From: Moniliella sp. 'wahieum'
Taxonomy: Eukaryota
Assembly (NCBI GenBank): GCA_003971905.1
Contig: RSEE01000083.1
Span: 62,001 to 126,000, forward strand
DNA: 64,000 nucleotides
Direction of reading: 5' to 3'
Positions 37,424 to 49,972 of the stretch are shown piece by piece. Below the pieces are notes generated by a model. The model ran no database searches and was not told the origin of the DNA. It was given only the letters and a program-made list of their open reading frames with translations. Position numbers and translations under genes: made by a program. The stretch's first letter is position 1. Every line of letters begins with the position of its first letter.

Positions 37424-40400
37424 CTACTACTGTGTAACTGTCTCTTGGGTCCTCTTTCATCTTTCATCTTTCATCCTTCTCTTCTCTTTCAGTAGGTAGG
37501 ATAGGCAGGCACACCTGCTGTTTCGTTTCCCCCTCTGATCTGATCGATGATCTTCTCTCTTCCCCCCCTCGCTCCTGTCCCCATCAACCACTACTATGAC
37601 ATCTCATCTCTTCTGTATATATTTTCCCCCTCTCGTAAAACGTAAAGTGAGGAATGGGACGCCGCTGTATGACGAAGTAGGAAAGGTAACATAGGTTGGG
37701 GGGGGGCCGGGATCACGCTAGGACCAGACGGTGAAAGATGGTCGTTAGAGGAACCCCAGGCGGCGTAGAGAGTTGGTGACTCCAAGTATCACAGCCAGTC
37801 ACACGACTCCCACCGTCAAATCGTTCTTTTGTCACCTGGACGCCGGACTTTCCTGCCGAGCCGAATCCTCACGGGCGGCAGGCCAGGCCACGTAGGGAAA
37901 TAAGTACACGGGAGGGTGCTACGTGTTGGTCACTTCACGTGCTCATACACTGTTGGTGTTGATGCCAATTAGCCGTTCCCCAACCGACCGGCAGGCTGTA
38001 GTCGTCACTGTAGTGCCGTCGCTGCCGTCAACCCTCATCCTAACCGTGCGATGCCTTTCCCTTGAACGACTTTGCCCGCGCGGTCGGCACGTGGGACGAC
38101 GGTACGCCATTGGGCAGAGTCTAGGCGGTCTAGCCGGGGGGGGGGAGCGTGTTTCTCCCGCACGAGGGTCCTTCTGCGACGGAATCTGGGAGTAACAAAA
38201 CAATCGTCATATAGTTAGTGTGTCTTCGGGAGAGCAATTCCCTTCAGGGATGAGCCAGTGTGGTTGGGCGACGTCTCAGCATTCTTCTCGAACTTGATCA
38301 TGTCAGCGACACAAGAGCAGCAGAGTTGTTGGACGATGGAGTCCATAGCGCACGTCGCAGCGCATTCCCAGTCGTATGCAGCATCGTGGCCCTGGATAGC
38401 GTGATCCCCTGCCTCTCGAGGTTCGCGTGGATCTGGTGGTTGCTTCTCTTCACACCCACTGTGAACACAGACAGAACCTGCTCGAAATCGCCGCCGTTCC
38501 GGAAATTAGCACCGCATATACGGCACCACAGGGCCTACTAGTAACGAGGGCACGGGCAACGAGGCGGTTTCCAGGGAGCCGGCCTACCTTCTGGTGCCTC
38601 CTTGATAGAGACACTGATGAACCCTTTTGTGCACACGCCTCTTTATGCATTGTATAGCCGACGATAGTCATTGTACAGCCGAGCCACCTGCCCTATCAAT
38701 GGTGCCTGTGCCTGTAGCGGATCTGGCCTGCCCTCTGGTGCTTCCCTCAGAGAGATACCTGGATACTTGCGCTCACGCGCAGTTAGACAATGCATTGCCA
38801 AACCAACCTGCGCTCTCGTGCTTCCGACAGAGCCAGAAACGTGTGCTCAAGCTGAGATAGTCACTGTCCTGCCGAGCTGTTCTGCTCTCTGGCGCTTCGC
38901 ACTGAGAGAGCCAACACTTGCTGTCACCCTTAGTTAGTCAATGTACTGCCGAGCTGGTCTGCTTTTTCTGGTGCTTCGCACTGAGAGAGACCGTAACATT
39001 AGACTTTTGAACACCGCTGTAGTGCCGCTAGTGTTGGAGTGTAAGCTTGATATCGCTTGTTTAGACCCCTGCCTTGGCCCAGGTTGGCCTGGGCGCACAG
39101 ATTGGCTGCGCTGCACCCGTGCCTCCTTTTAATGTCCTGCTCCTCCGTGGTTGCATCCTGTCTCCTCACTAGCCTCACTAGTCACTACCGCCCCTCTCAT
39201 TGTGCCCGTAGCAGCCGGTTTCCCATCTCTGCAGCCAGCACAGAGCACTCCTGTATTGCTTCTGTCGTACGTTTCTCTTGCCCGCCAGCGCTCTGTTGCT
39301 GACCCGCCTACACAGACTCCCCCTCGCGGGCCATCTTGTCCTCGTTTCATCTGGTCCGCAGCGCCATCGTACGTGCCCGTTTCATCCCCATTCCCCTCGC
39401 TTCTGCTGACCCACGCTGACCTTGTGGGTCTCGCATGCGTGATGCATGCCCCGTTTCGCTCGCCTTCGATCCACCCTTGTTTGTCTGTCTTCTCACGTTG
39501 GCTGTCTCGCTTACATGGTTTGCCTCGCCTTTGGTCCTCTCGCTTGGCTGGTGCGCTTGGAGTTGTCCTGCCACTCACACTCTGTTTGCCCAGCTGCTGC
39601 ATGCACGGATTCCCACGGTTGGGTCGTCTCGCCTTGTTCGCCTCGACTCATCTAACCTGTTCGTTTCGTCCGTCGTACACACGTCCCTTCTGTTATATGC
39701 TGACGCTGTTCCTGACCTTGTTCGCCCCACCCGGGTACATTCCGACTTTATCCCGCTTGCCCTCCGCACTAGACTTGATCGCCTGACCCGTAGTCTTCTG
39801 TGTCTCTCGCTAACCCCAGTGTGCTGCTGCTGATTTGGCCAGCTTCTCCCTAGCGCTCGGTCTCCTCGCACTAACCTGTCACCTGCTGTGTAGCTCACTG
39901 CTCTACTACGTTGGTGCTTCCGTCCTACGTCGCGCCTACCCGTGTTGGTTGCCGTGTAGTCGCTTCCCAGCGATCTTCGAATGCACTCTATACCTAAGAA
40001 TACCTATACCCTGTGCCTGTAAATCTAGTAGTTCTGCATCGATGCCAGCCTCATTCAGCCCGCCGGGTAGAGAGCCTACAAGCACGCATCCAATCAACAG
40101 CTAAGCGTTTGGGCGCATTTGGGCTAAGCGCTTGAACGCATGTGGCCAAAGCCGTTGTCCTCATGTGGCCAAAATGTCCAAACGTCCAAAGGGAAAGACT
40201 CACTTATTTTGGGGTGATGTGTGGTCGGCCTAAGCAAAATATGAATTGGTGCGAACACTGGATCCAGGTGCGCTGAGGGGATTAGATCAGTATTTGCGTG
40301 AGCACAGGCACGCGCCCAGTGGCTCTCGCTGTCTTATCGCCGCCCTTGCGTGATGGGTTGATGGTTTGCGTGGATTATTGTCATCGTCCGGGTGGCCCAA

Positions 40401-40493
40401 CCACCGCCCGCTTCGACATGCTCGTCTGCGTCCCACACACGCCCCGCTCCCTTCTCTCTTCTGCCCACTCCCCACACCCCACTCCTCCTCGCC

Positions 40494-43400
40494 ATGCTCC
40501 ACCCGCCGCCTGCCGCCGCCCCGCGCTCGTCCAGCCCCACCACATCGCCATCGCCACCGCCTCCTCTCCCGCCCCCCCCGCCGTGTCCCACTCCCACGCC
40601 CGGCCACTCGATCTGGACGTCCAGGTGTCGCCCGACTGGGCTACACCATTGCCGTCCCCCGCCCACCCACCTCTCTCGCGGATCTCCCCCCCGATGTGCT
40701 CGTCGATGTGTTGGTGATGCTGGGGAAAGAGCTGCTGCGCGCACGACCCAGCGCCCCCTGTCTGCGATGGAGGGGTACGATGTACCGCGCGCGTACGATG
40801 GTGGATCGGGCTGGAGCGATGTCCTGGCCGAGCTCGCTCGACTTTCTCAGGTCAGTCCAGCTGGGCTACCTGTGCGCAAGCTGCGCAGGCGCGGCTAGGA
40901 CGCTTGGCAGGACACGGCAGGAAGCACGCTGCGTCGGCCGCCGGCGCTCGGCTTCACGTTGCCTCGCTTCCGTTTCGAGCGATGCATTACTTTCATCCGC
41001 CCATGCGCTCTATCCCGAGTGCCGATCCGGGCCAGTTGGACCCGATTCCTTCGGACCTCTGGTCCTCCTCTGAGAAGCACCGGGACCCTGCGACACGATG
41101 GTCCTACAATGATGTGTGTACCAACGCAGATGGTCTGATGCGTGGTGTGACCCACCTGGATCTGTCTGGCGTGATAGGAGCCAGTGACGGGCTCTTTCTT
41201 CACTTGGTGAAAGCGACGGTACCTGTGCCGTCATCCTTGTCATCTCTGTCGATCCGGGGCAGCCTGCTGACCGAACTGGACATCTCCTTCTGCATGGTGG
41301 TAACGTCAGCGGCACTTCAATTGGGGTTTGGGGCGATGCCTTCGCTCAAGGTGGTGCGAGCGGTGAACGTTCCCGGTCTGTCGTTGCATGCTCTCTTGAC
41401 ACTTGCCCGTACAGCCAGAGGAATCGAGTACTTGGACGTCTCGGGCCAGAGCGTGGACGTGGTAGGGGGGGGCTGAGTGCGTGGGAGATGGAGCAAGCGG
41501 ATCTGCGGAGACATCTTGCTCTTCTTGCGCAGGACCCGGCTCGGTTTCGTTCGCACATCTCCTCGTCCCTCTCACCGCGGCCGCCGATGTACAACGGGCA
41601 TACGCTCCGCACATGGCAACGGAGGAGGATGTTGCCGACTCGGATTTTGCCCTGGATGCTCTGGGGGTTGTACAAGCCATCGCGTTGCTTCCCAATCTGC
41701 GGACCCTAAAGGCGGCCACTCGTCGCGGCTTCACGCCCCATGCGATGGAGCGATTGTGCCGCGCCGCACCTACGCTCGAGGCACTAGACCTCAACCACAC
41801 GGATCTCACGAACGAAGGGTTGCGGGAGCTGGTCGCGGACCAGGAAGGCTTGGGCCCGCAAGGGCAACTGGACCGTTTCACCACCTACCTCCACCGCACT
41901 CTTTCTCCCTCCCACTTGGACCAGTTAAAGGTGCAGGGCGTTTGGCCGTTTCCTCTCCCGTACGCGGGCAAACGATTGACGTCTCTCCGTCGTCTTGGTC
42001 TGGCCAATTGTCTCTACCTGACCGATTCCGGCTTGGCCCAGTTGGCGGGGTGTGTGCCGCTGCTGACTGTGCTCGATCTGAGTTACACGGGGGTACCCGG
42101 CACGCTACACCCTCTTCGACGGCGCAATGGCGGAGACCACGTCTATTCGCCCCTCAAGTCAGCTGGGCTCAAACGGCTGTTCAAGACGCTCCCCTTGCTC
42201 GAACGACTCAGCCTCGACGGTAACGATGCGATGGAAGATGGTGTATTGGATCAGCTGGCAAACGCGCCCCAGCTGGCATATTACCATGCCCAACGCCATA
42301 CTTGGAACACCCACCCTACCCCCTCCCCACCCCAGGCCACATCCCAGGGCAAGCCCGCTTCCACACTCCTTTCGCCTCCGCCTACCCCCGATGTAAACAG
42401 CACCCGCCTGACCCACCTGCGGCTCACCAAGGCCATCGGCCTGACGGACGAAGGCGTGGCCCGCTTGGTAGCTGCCTCGCCTGCGCTCGTAGAGTTGCAC
42501 GTTGGTGCTAGTGGTGCCGGTCGTCAGACGGCCGCGCGCTTCTCGAGCACCAGCACGCGCGGTCGCTGTGGCCTGGGCGCACCACCACCAGTCGCCGCGG
42601 TGGCGTTGCCCGTCGTACAGGGTCGGAGCACCTGGGCCACCAGGCAGAAGGGAGTTCGACGATGTCCCCCCGTCCACGACGGGTGGAAGCGGAGATGGAA
42701 GCAGAGGTGGAAGCGGAGGTGGAAGCGGAGGTGGAAGCCAAGGTGGAAGCGAATGTGGAAGCCAAGGTGGAAGCTAGGGTAGAACCCCTGCTTCACATGG
42801 TCGATTCACCTCGTCTTCCCCGTACCCAAGATCTGCTGCGCCTGCGCACGCGCCCGCGTCGAGCTCGGACAGGCAAGGCGTATGCCACTGCCAGCTACGA
42901 GGGGGGGCGGGAAAGCGTGGTACCTGGGCGTATTGCGTACATCGTCACTAGTCCGCGTACCGAGATCTACGCTCCCTCCTGCTCGTCCTCCCCTGCGCTC
43001 AGGATCGTCTTCGTCGGCCGCGCAGGGCTGGGGCGTGTTCCTTGCTGCGCTTTGGCAGGCGCGGTTGGGAACCCAGTTGAGCAGGGGAAGAAGACGAAGA
43101 AGAAGAGCAGAGTGAACAAGAAGGAACGCAAGAGGAAGGGTGAGGCAGAAGAAGAGGAGGGGAAGGGGAGAGGAAGGGGAGGGAGCACAGGATGACTATG
43201 GTGAGGAAGAAGATGGTGAAGAAGATACGGAGGAGGAAGGTGAGGAAGGATACGAACAGGGTGACGACAAAGGAGGGGAGGAGGGAGATGAAGTGCCCGT
43301 GGCGACACTCGAGTCGATTTGGTCATTACCGTCGCACCAGACCCTGTTGGCGCACCAGGCGGATCTGCACGAGTCAGACACGAGCCGGGTAGCCGTGACG

Positions 43401-43784
43401 AACAACCAGTCATGGACGCGTGTACTGGAACATCGTACCCGGATGCGAGGGCTGGAGATGAGCGCGCGACAAGAAACCACTCAGTATACACGGCACCTGT
43501 GTCGCGCTCGGGTGCAGTACCATACGCGTGCGCGCCGTACGCGAGAACGGTCAGTGACGCCGCTCGATTCCCTCGGCGGTCCAGACGGTCAGCGTAGTGT
43601 CGGTTCGGTGCACGTGTCGTCGAGGAATGCGAGGAATGTTGGGGGGGCAGGTGCTTCCCCCACGCCGCCTCTTCCTGCGCCGGCTCCACCTGCGCCGCCG
43701 GACGAGCAGGATCTCGATCTGCCCATCACGCCGGGCGAGGCGTCCGATTGGAGTGTGGTGCAGGGCGCATGCTGCATTTCTTGA
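40494..43784 (+). CDS. F-box / leucine-rich-repeat (RNI-like) protein with a C-terminal CaaX; frameshifted
   Basis: F-box-like SLADLPPDVLVDVL. Cys-containing LRRs: LTELDISFCMVVT, LEALDLNHTDLTNEGL, LRRLGLANCLYLTDSGLAQL, LTHLRLTKAIGLTDEGV. Acidic tail ending GACCIS*. Confidence 0.75.
42683..42780 (+). repeat. 12-bp coding repeat (gtggaagcggag; EAEV/EAKV), about 8 copies
   Basis: Seen directly in the sequence and in the ORF 42662-43195 translation. Confidence 0.8.
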
Positions 43785-44287
43785 CGTACTAGGCAGGTGG
43801 AGTGGCGGGCAAGCGACCGACAGACCAAGGCGGGGATGTGACATGTGCATGTCGATGGATGATTTGATTTGGATCGATACGGACGTGACGCGTGACGCAT
43901 AAAACGCGTAACATGTAACAAGTGGCTTCATTGTGATTTGGTTACAGATCTCAGGTCTAGCAGCTCGTAGTTTAGGATGGCTACGCCCCCAAGTCCATAC
44001 TATAGTTCACTAACACGCCGCCCATCTAGATTGCATTGCGCCCAGCGACCCGGCGAGTTCCCCTGGGACAATGGGACTGGGCTTTGCACAGCGGATCGAT
44101 GGCAGTGACTATAGTGAGGATACATGAGATGTAAGATTCGTGTTGAACCAGCCTGCACAGAGATGGGGGGGGGGGGGGTGGGGGGGCAGGAGGAGGAGGA
44201 CAGACTGGCCCCGTGGAAACCGACCGATCCCTTAGCCCTTTCTTGTTAGGGCTCTCGAGACATACCCCGACCCGAATGCCGTTCCAG

Positions 44288-45825
44288 CTACTTGGTCACC
44301 ACATTGTGGCCGAGCTGGCGCTGCTTCTTGGCTGCCAGCGCCGACAGTGCTGCTCCAACACCTGACCCATCCTTGGCCAACTCAATCTTGACCGCGACGC
44401 TGTCTCTTGGCCCAAATTTCCACCAGCGCCTCGTGGATCCTCTCACGGAGTGGGGGTACAGTTCGACTAGGGATCCGTCCGCGCCTACATTGAGAGGGCC
44501 CGTGGACGATTGGGCTTTGGCAGCGGCTTTTGGCTGCTGCGTGAACCAGCAATGGGTTGGGCATTGCCCGTGTGGATGACGGTTGCTGCGATGGCCGTGG
44601 CTGAGAGGCGAGCGGAACGGGTGCCCACCCATCGACACACCGCCGCACCGTTTCCACATCCTGCGGTGGGTGAACGTACTTTTCCGGCACGCCAGTTGGT
44701 GGATCAAAATTTCGCGTGTCTTGTTCTTTGGGTCGTCCGAGGCCAAGCCCGAATCAATATCCGCTCGATACCCGACATGATGTAGGTTTCCAACTGGTAC
44801 TTGTTGTTGAGGCTATCGGCCGCAAAGCCATCAAACAGCAGCAATTGGTCAATCATGTTGACCAATACCGAGCGGAACACTTCGCCAAGGTACATGCCAC
44901 TGATCATCTTTTCGAAAATATGATGACGTTGCCGGATGGCCGTCCGATCGACCTTGTTGTCGTACTGCGTCAGGGCAGCGCTTGACGCGCTTGTCAAAGC
45001 TCCCCCACTCGGTATGATAATCATGTGGGTGGGCACTTGGGCGCCTTCGGCGCCAGGACGCACCTCGATTTGCCAATCGCATCGATCGACTCGAGATAGG
45101 CGCCGTTGGTTCCCGTGCCAAAGATGGCTCCCAGTAACGAAGCCCTGCTGTACGCCGACGTGAGCAAGTCGGCGGTCGTGTCGTTGATCAAGGCCTCAAC
45201 CTTGACTTTCAAGTGGCGCTTGTCCAGCGCGGATTGCAGCAGCTGGACCATATCCTTGCCCACGGCATCGGGGCAGTTGAAGCCCTTGCTCCAGGAGATG
45301 AGTGTGCCCGAGTTGATGGACTTTTGCTCGACGGGGAAGGAGAAGGTAAAGCCAAGGGACAAGTGCTCGTCGCCCACTCCACGTCCGTGCCATAGTCATT
45401 GAGGAAGACATCGACCGACTCGGCCATGTAGGCAAACAGGTTGGCCACAGGGCCCGTCTTGAGACTGTCCTGGACCTTGTACTTTTCCTGCTTGACGCTG
45501 ACCTTGCCGTGGCCTTCGAGGGTGATGGCGCAGACGCGCAGGTTGGTGCCGCCGAGGTCCATGGCAAGGTAGGTGCCCGTCTCGGAGCCGTCGGGGAGGC
45601 CGGTGACAAAGGTGGGGATCATGGACATGGCGGCATTGTTGTGGTTGAGGCCATAGTCCATCAGGTCGCTAAAGTGGTCGGCAATGGCGAGGAGGTGGCT
45701 GCGGGTGAGGGTGAACTGGCGCTCGATGTTGCCGAGGACATGGGCGAGGGTCATGCCGTTGACGCCCACGACGTCGGCGCCAAAGCGGGTGTCGGGGGTG
45801 CCATCGGCGTGCACGGCAGGGGCAT
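44288..45825 (-). CDS. Hexokinase/glucokinase; frameshifted
   Basis: MIPTFVTGLPDGSETGTYLAMDLGGTNLRVC, LGFTFSFPVEQ, WSKGF, LINDT, GAIFGTGTNGAY, TEWGSFD, FEKMISGMYLGE, DGSGVGAAL. Confidence 0.95.
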
Positions 45826-46984
45826 GGTGCGAGCAGGAGGTGGCGGAGGGCGGCGAGGAGAAGGTGGGGTGTAGGGTGTGGATGTGCCCGCAAAAGCCTA
45901 GCCGGCCTGCCGGGGGGCCGCCTGGGGGTCGCCTGGGGCCAGCCTTGGTGGGCATCTTCTTGGCCTGCGTTTCTTGGCCCGCCGTGCGTGGGTGACGACA
46001 TAACCCGCGTAGCCACAGTGCGCCCTGCCCGCACCCTGCACCCGCACCACCCGCAGGCACCTCCCCAGCCTTCCTCGCGCACGGGCCAGAGCCAACCCTA
46101 GCGCCCGCCGGCCGCGTGGCGCCAGTGTGGCCTGTGTGCCCTCGCGGCCAAAGTTTGGGCTTTGCTGTTAATTTGATGAGTCGATGCGATCGCTGAGCGC
46201 AGGAACAGCTACGAGCCCGAGGCCGTCGGCGCTCACGCCGCCCCCTGTGGCCGATGGTGTTGCTTGAGGCGCAACTCGACAAGTGGAGCTCACTAGTCCC
46301 TGCTTCGAGCTGCGCGCTGGGTGTGCCTGGTGTGCTCCGCCAAGCACTCACCCGTATCCCCGGAACGGCAGCAGAATCGACCGACCTTGGCCAGTTTCGG
46401 CACGCATCACATGCACAGCAAGCCAGCTGGTCGTCACCACGTCACCTGCGCCCACCGCTCAGCGCTCCGGCACCGCCCATTGCCGTAAGGTAATATAGGG
46501 AGTGCTATAGGATTCCCTCCACACCCCCTCCAGTTGTTTGGTGGCGCGCCTCTCAGATCTCAGGCTCTGTGCCCTGACTGGCTCCATCTGCCTCCTCTGC
46601 CTGTCTCCTGCCCGTAAGACGGCTCACCACTTTGTGCCTTCTCGCCGTGTCGGAAGGCTGCGTCGCACATCAGGCTGGCTCCCACAGCATCCCCGAGTGC
46701 TCCCAAGCACCCGCACTGTAGCCCCGTCGGCCCCCTAGCGGCCGCTGCCCTTCCAATTTCACATTTCAGATCCAACAAGGAAAAGTGAAATTGAAAGCAC
46801 CGTGGAGCAGACCATGCCTGCTGACGTCAGCAGCGCGCGCCCGTCTCGCCGGCGCCGACGTGGAACTACTGGCTGGCTGCCTGGGCCGGCGGGCCCAGGG
46901 CAGGGCCGCCGGAACCAGGTCGTCTCGTCTGCCTTGGTTTGCTTTGCTGCGCCACCATCTTGCCTTGCCCACGCTCTGCCCCCC

Positions 46985-48324
46985 ATGTCGCTTCCCACGT
47001 CCGGCTACGACGCACACCAGCGGCTCCGCGCCAAAGTGGTGCGTCTGCTCGCCAAGAAGAACTACGACAAGGCGACCCAGGCGCTGTATGATGGCTCGGT
47101 GGCCCAGCTCAAGGCGGGCGAGCAGGCGAGTGGGGTGGATTTGGCCGTGTACATGGTGGATGTGTATGCGCAGCAACACATGCCTGTCGACCCTATGCGC
47201 ACCGAGCATGTCGTCACATCCTTCGCGAAAACGCAAGACGACTGGTGGCGCCAGAAGCTGCTGCAGGCGATCGTCAAGTGGGCCGAAACGCAGCCGGCTG
47301 AGCATGGTGCTGCAGCGCGCCGGCTGCGTGGGCAGATGGCCAGTTCCTCTGGTCGGCCGGCGACTTCGTGCGTCCGAGGGACACCTGATTGCCGCACTTC
47401 CCAATCCGGCATCGTTGCCGTCGTGTAGAGGACGAGGTCAGCCCAGCAGTGCTGCTTGGCCAGATGCAGTGGATTGGCTCCTGGCCCATGCTGCCAAGAC
47501 AAACGAGACATACAAGGACCACAGCAATCCTCCTAGCAAAGAGGCCAGCGTCCGTATTGAGGCCGGCCGGTTTGCGCTGGTGTACACTGATTTTGCTTGT
47601 GGAGGGCCAGGTGGCTGCTGCCCTGGCCTACTTGGACACGTTCTTGCATACCTTGGTCGCCAAGCCAGAGGCAAGCAACTTCCTCCTGCCTGTCACGCCC
47701 AACCCCAAGACCTTTGTGCCTCCTCCTGGCGTCACACCGCCCCCTCGCTTGGCACCCCCTTGCTCCCTGGTGCAGCGACTTCGTACAAACAGCCTCTCTG
47801 GCTGACGGGCAATGGGATGTTAACTTTGTCCAGATGCTGTTGGGACTGATCGACACTGCTACGTCTACAAGGGCGAAGGCCCAGCTTTCGCTTCGCATGG
47901 GGGGGCAAGGCGGGCGTGCTCCCGTTGCACTCAAGAACTCTACGCCGTCTTGGTCCGCCAGTACCAAAAGGAAGGCATTGCAGTCCAAGTGGACGAACTT
48001 GTGGCGACGGTACGTACCGTGTGCTTGGGATGGTAGTCAGGACATTCGAAAAAAGGCATGCTAACCTGTTGATGGGTGCAGAACCTCAATGCTTTCCTTC
48101 GCTCTACTTGGACGCACCCCGGCCAAAGGAGGCAACATGCTGGCCGATATGATGAGCGGATTGCTGGGTGGTGGTGCACCCTCGGCGCCGAAAGCACAAG
48201 GGACCGAATGGCTTGCCTACCGCCCGTGGCCTGAACCGGAAATTCTTCCCGCCCCAGAGCAGGCGCCTGAGACGTCGGAGGAGCCTAGCGCTGACGACGA
48301 AGAGGGTGATCTGGACTGGATTGA
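46985..48324 (+). CDS. GET4: GET4 (Golgi-to-ER traffic protein 4, DUF410); intron and frameshifts
   Basis: YDAHQRLRAKVVR...NYDKATQALYDGSVAQLKAGEQASGVDLA matches the Get4 pattern YEAHQxxR...GxDL. C-terminal NMLADMMSGLLGG and EEGDLD. Intron ~48010-48081. Confidence 0.8.
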
Positions 48325-48590
48325 GCCGCATTCTGGGTGTGGGGTCGTTTTTCGTGGGAGGTTTGTCAGCTGCACTTGTGCACGATATACTCTTTCATAT
48401 GGGTTCACATCATGGCATTTGGTTAGGGGTTGTTGAACTCCTAGGAAAAGAGAGGATAGGGATGATTTATGCGTCCGGGTCCATCCCTCAAGACCAATTA
48501 GTAAGGCGCAGGCAGTGTTGCATCGTGTCCGTTGATTACCCTCTGTGGAAGAGGCACATCGTGCAAGTCATGGCCCTCCCCACTCCCTCA

Positions 48591-49607
48591 TCAGCGCACC
48601 ACCTCCTTGCCGTAGTCATACATTCCAAAGAATTGGATCCTTCGGTTTGGTCAGCATACAACTGAGCTCCCGCCGCAGTTTGCCGTGATGCTCGCGTTCG
48701 TGGGCCAGGCGTAGGGTCTTGTCTTCACGAAGCCAAGCGAGCGCGATGCGGAAAAGGAGGGGGGATCTTTCGTCATATCGTCCGGCACCATCCACCCTGC
48801 AGGCAACAGGCCCTGCTCTCCTTCGTAGGCGGCCAAAGTAGTCGTTTCGGCGGCACGTCTCGCCCAACCGCATGTGCACGACATGCGTTGGGAAGGAGGA
48901 GAGACCATCAAAAATGTGGGTTGCGTCTGGGAGGGCGGGAGGCAGAGCCGACAGAGCGATAAAGGAGGCGTAAGGTCAGCGGTGTGCGTGTGAGCAAAGG
49001 GGAGAAAAAAACGTACAGACGATGGTCGCGTTGCGCTGCTTGGTCTCGAGCACGAGAAAGTCGAGCAAGTCCTGTCGCACCTGCATCCAAATCCACCGTC
49101 ACCTCGTCGAGCAACAACAAATCAAAGGAGCCATGAGACCCATGCAGAGCTGCACACGCCTCCGCTCTCCATCGGAATCATAGAGTCATGTGCCAAGTGG
49201 TATCAATGTCGAGCAAGTCGAGGAGATGGCCGCGGCACCCGTCCGGGTAGCGCCAGCCGCCAACCGAGGAAGGAACTCGCTCACGACAATGTCCGACTCG
49301 ACCACAATCCGTCGAGGCCCACTCGGTGCCGAGGAAGGAAACAATCTCCTTGGGAGTCGCGTAGAAGGGGTTGAGGCCAAAGGGTGGATCGCACCTTCCT
49401 TGCACATGCGCTTGCCGGCCAGCAGACGCAGCAGCGTGCTCTTACCGCGCCGTTGGGGCCAGCAGGAGGCAGCGGGCGCGGGGGGAGGTGGATGGTGCAG
49501 TTGGTGAGGGCCGGCTCGGGGGACGGGGGCGATGTAGAAGGTCAGGTCCTGCACCTCGACCGCCCATTCGGACGGCCGCGCATCCGAGGCGCGGGAGCAG
49601 CAGCCAT
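48591..49607 (-). CDS. CAF16: Soluble ABC ATPase, CCR4-associated factor 16-like; intron and frameshifts
   Basis: VEVQDLTF, GKSTLLRLLAGK, SFLGTEW, signature SDGERRRVQLCMGL, LLLDEVTVDLD, LFRIALAWLRED. No transmembrane domain seen. Confidence 0.85.
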
Positions 49608-49972
49608 GGTGGCGTCGCCGGTGCTCCGTCCGTCGGTGCGATCGGCCGCCGGGTTCGCCAGGCGTGCGGCTTGGCGTCGGAATGCGATTCCGCCGCCGCG
49701 CCATTCCGCTGTGGGCCCGAAACCTGGCGGCGAAAGCGCAACACTGGCGCTGTGCGTGCAGAGTGGAGCAGCGGGCCCCGCACGGCGCCGCAGTGCTCAG
49801 CACAAACGCAGGGCGCCAGTGTCCGCCACCTGCCTCGCCCTGCCGATCGGCGGTGCATTCAAGCTAGCTGGGTGCAGTTCGCCTGCTCTGCCCCACAGCA
49901 CGCCCATCTCCGACCCCACCCCCTGCCGCCACCACCACCACCTCTGCCGCCTCCTCCTGCCCCATCTCTCCC

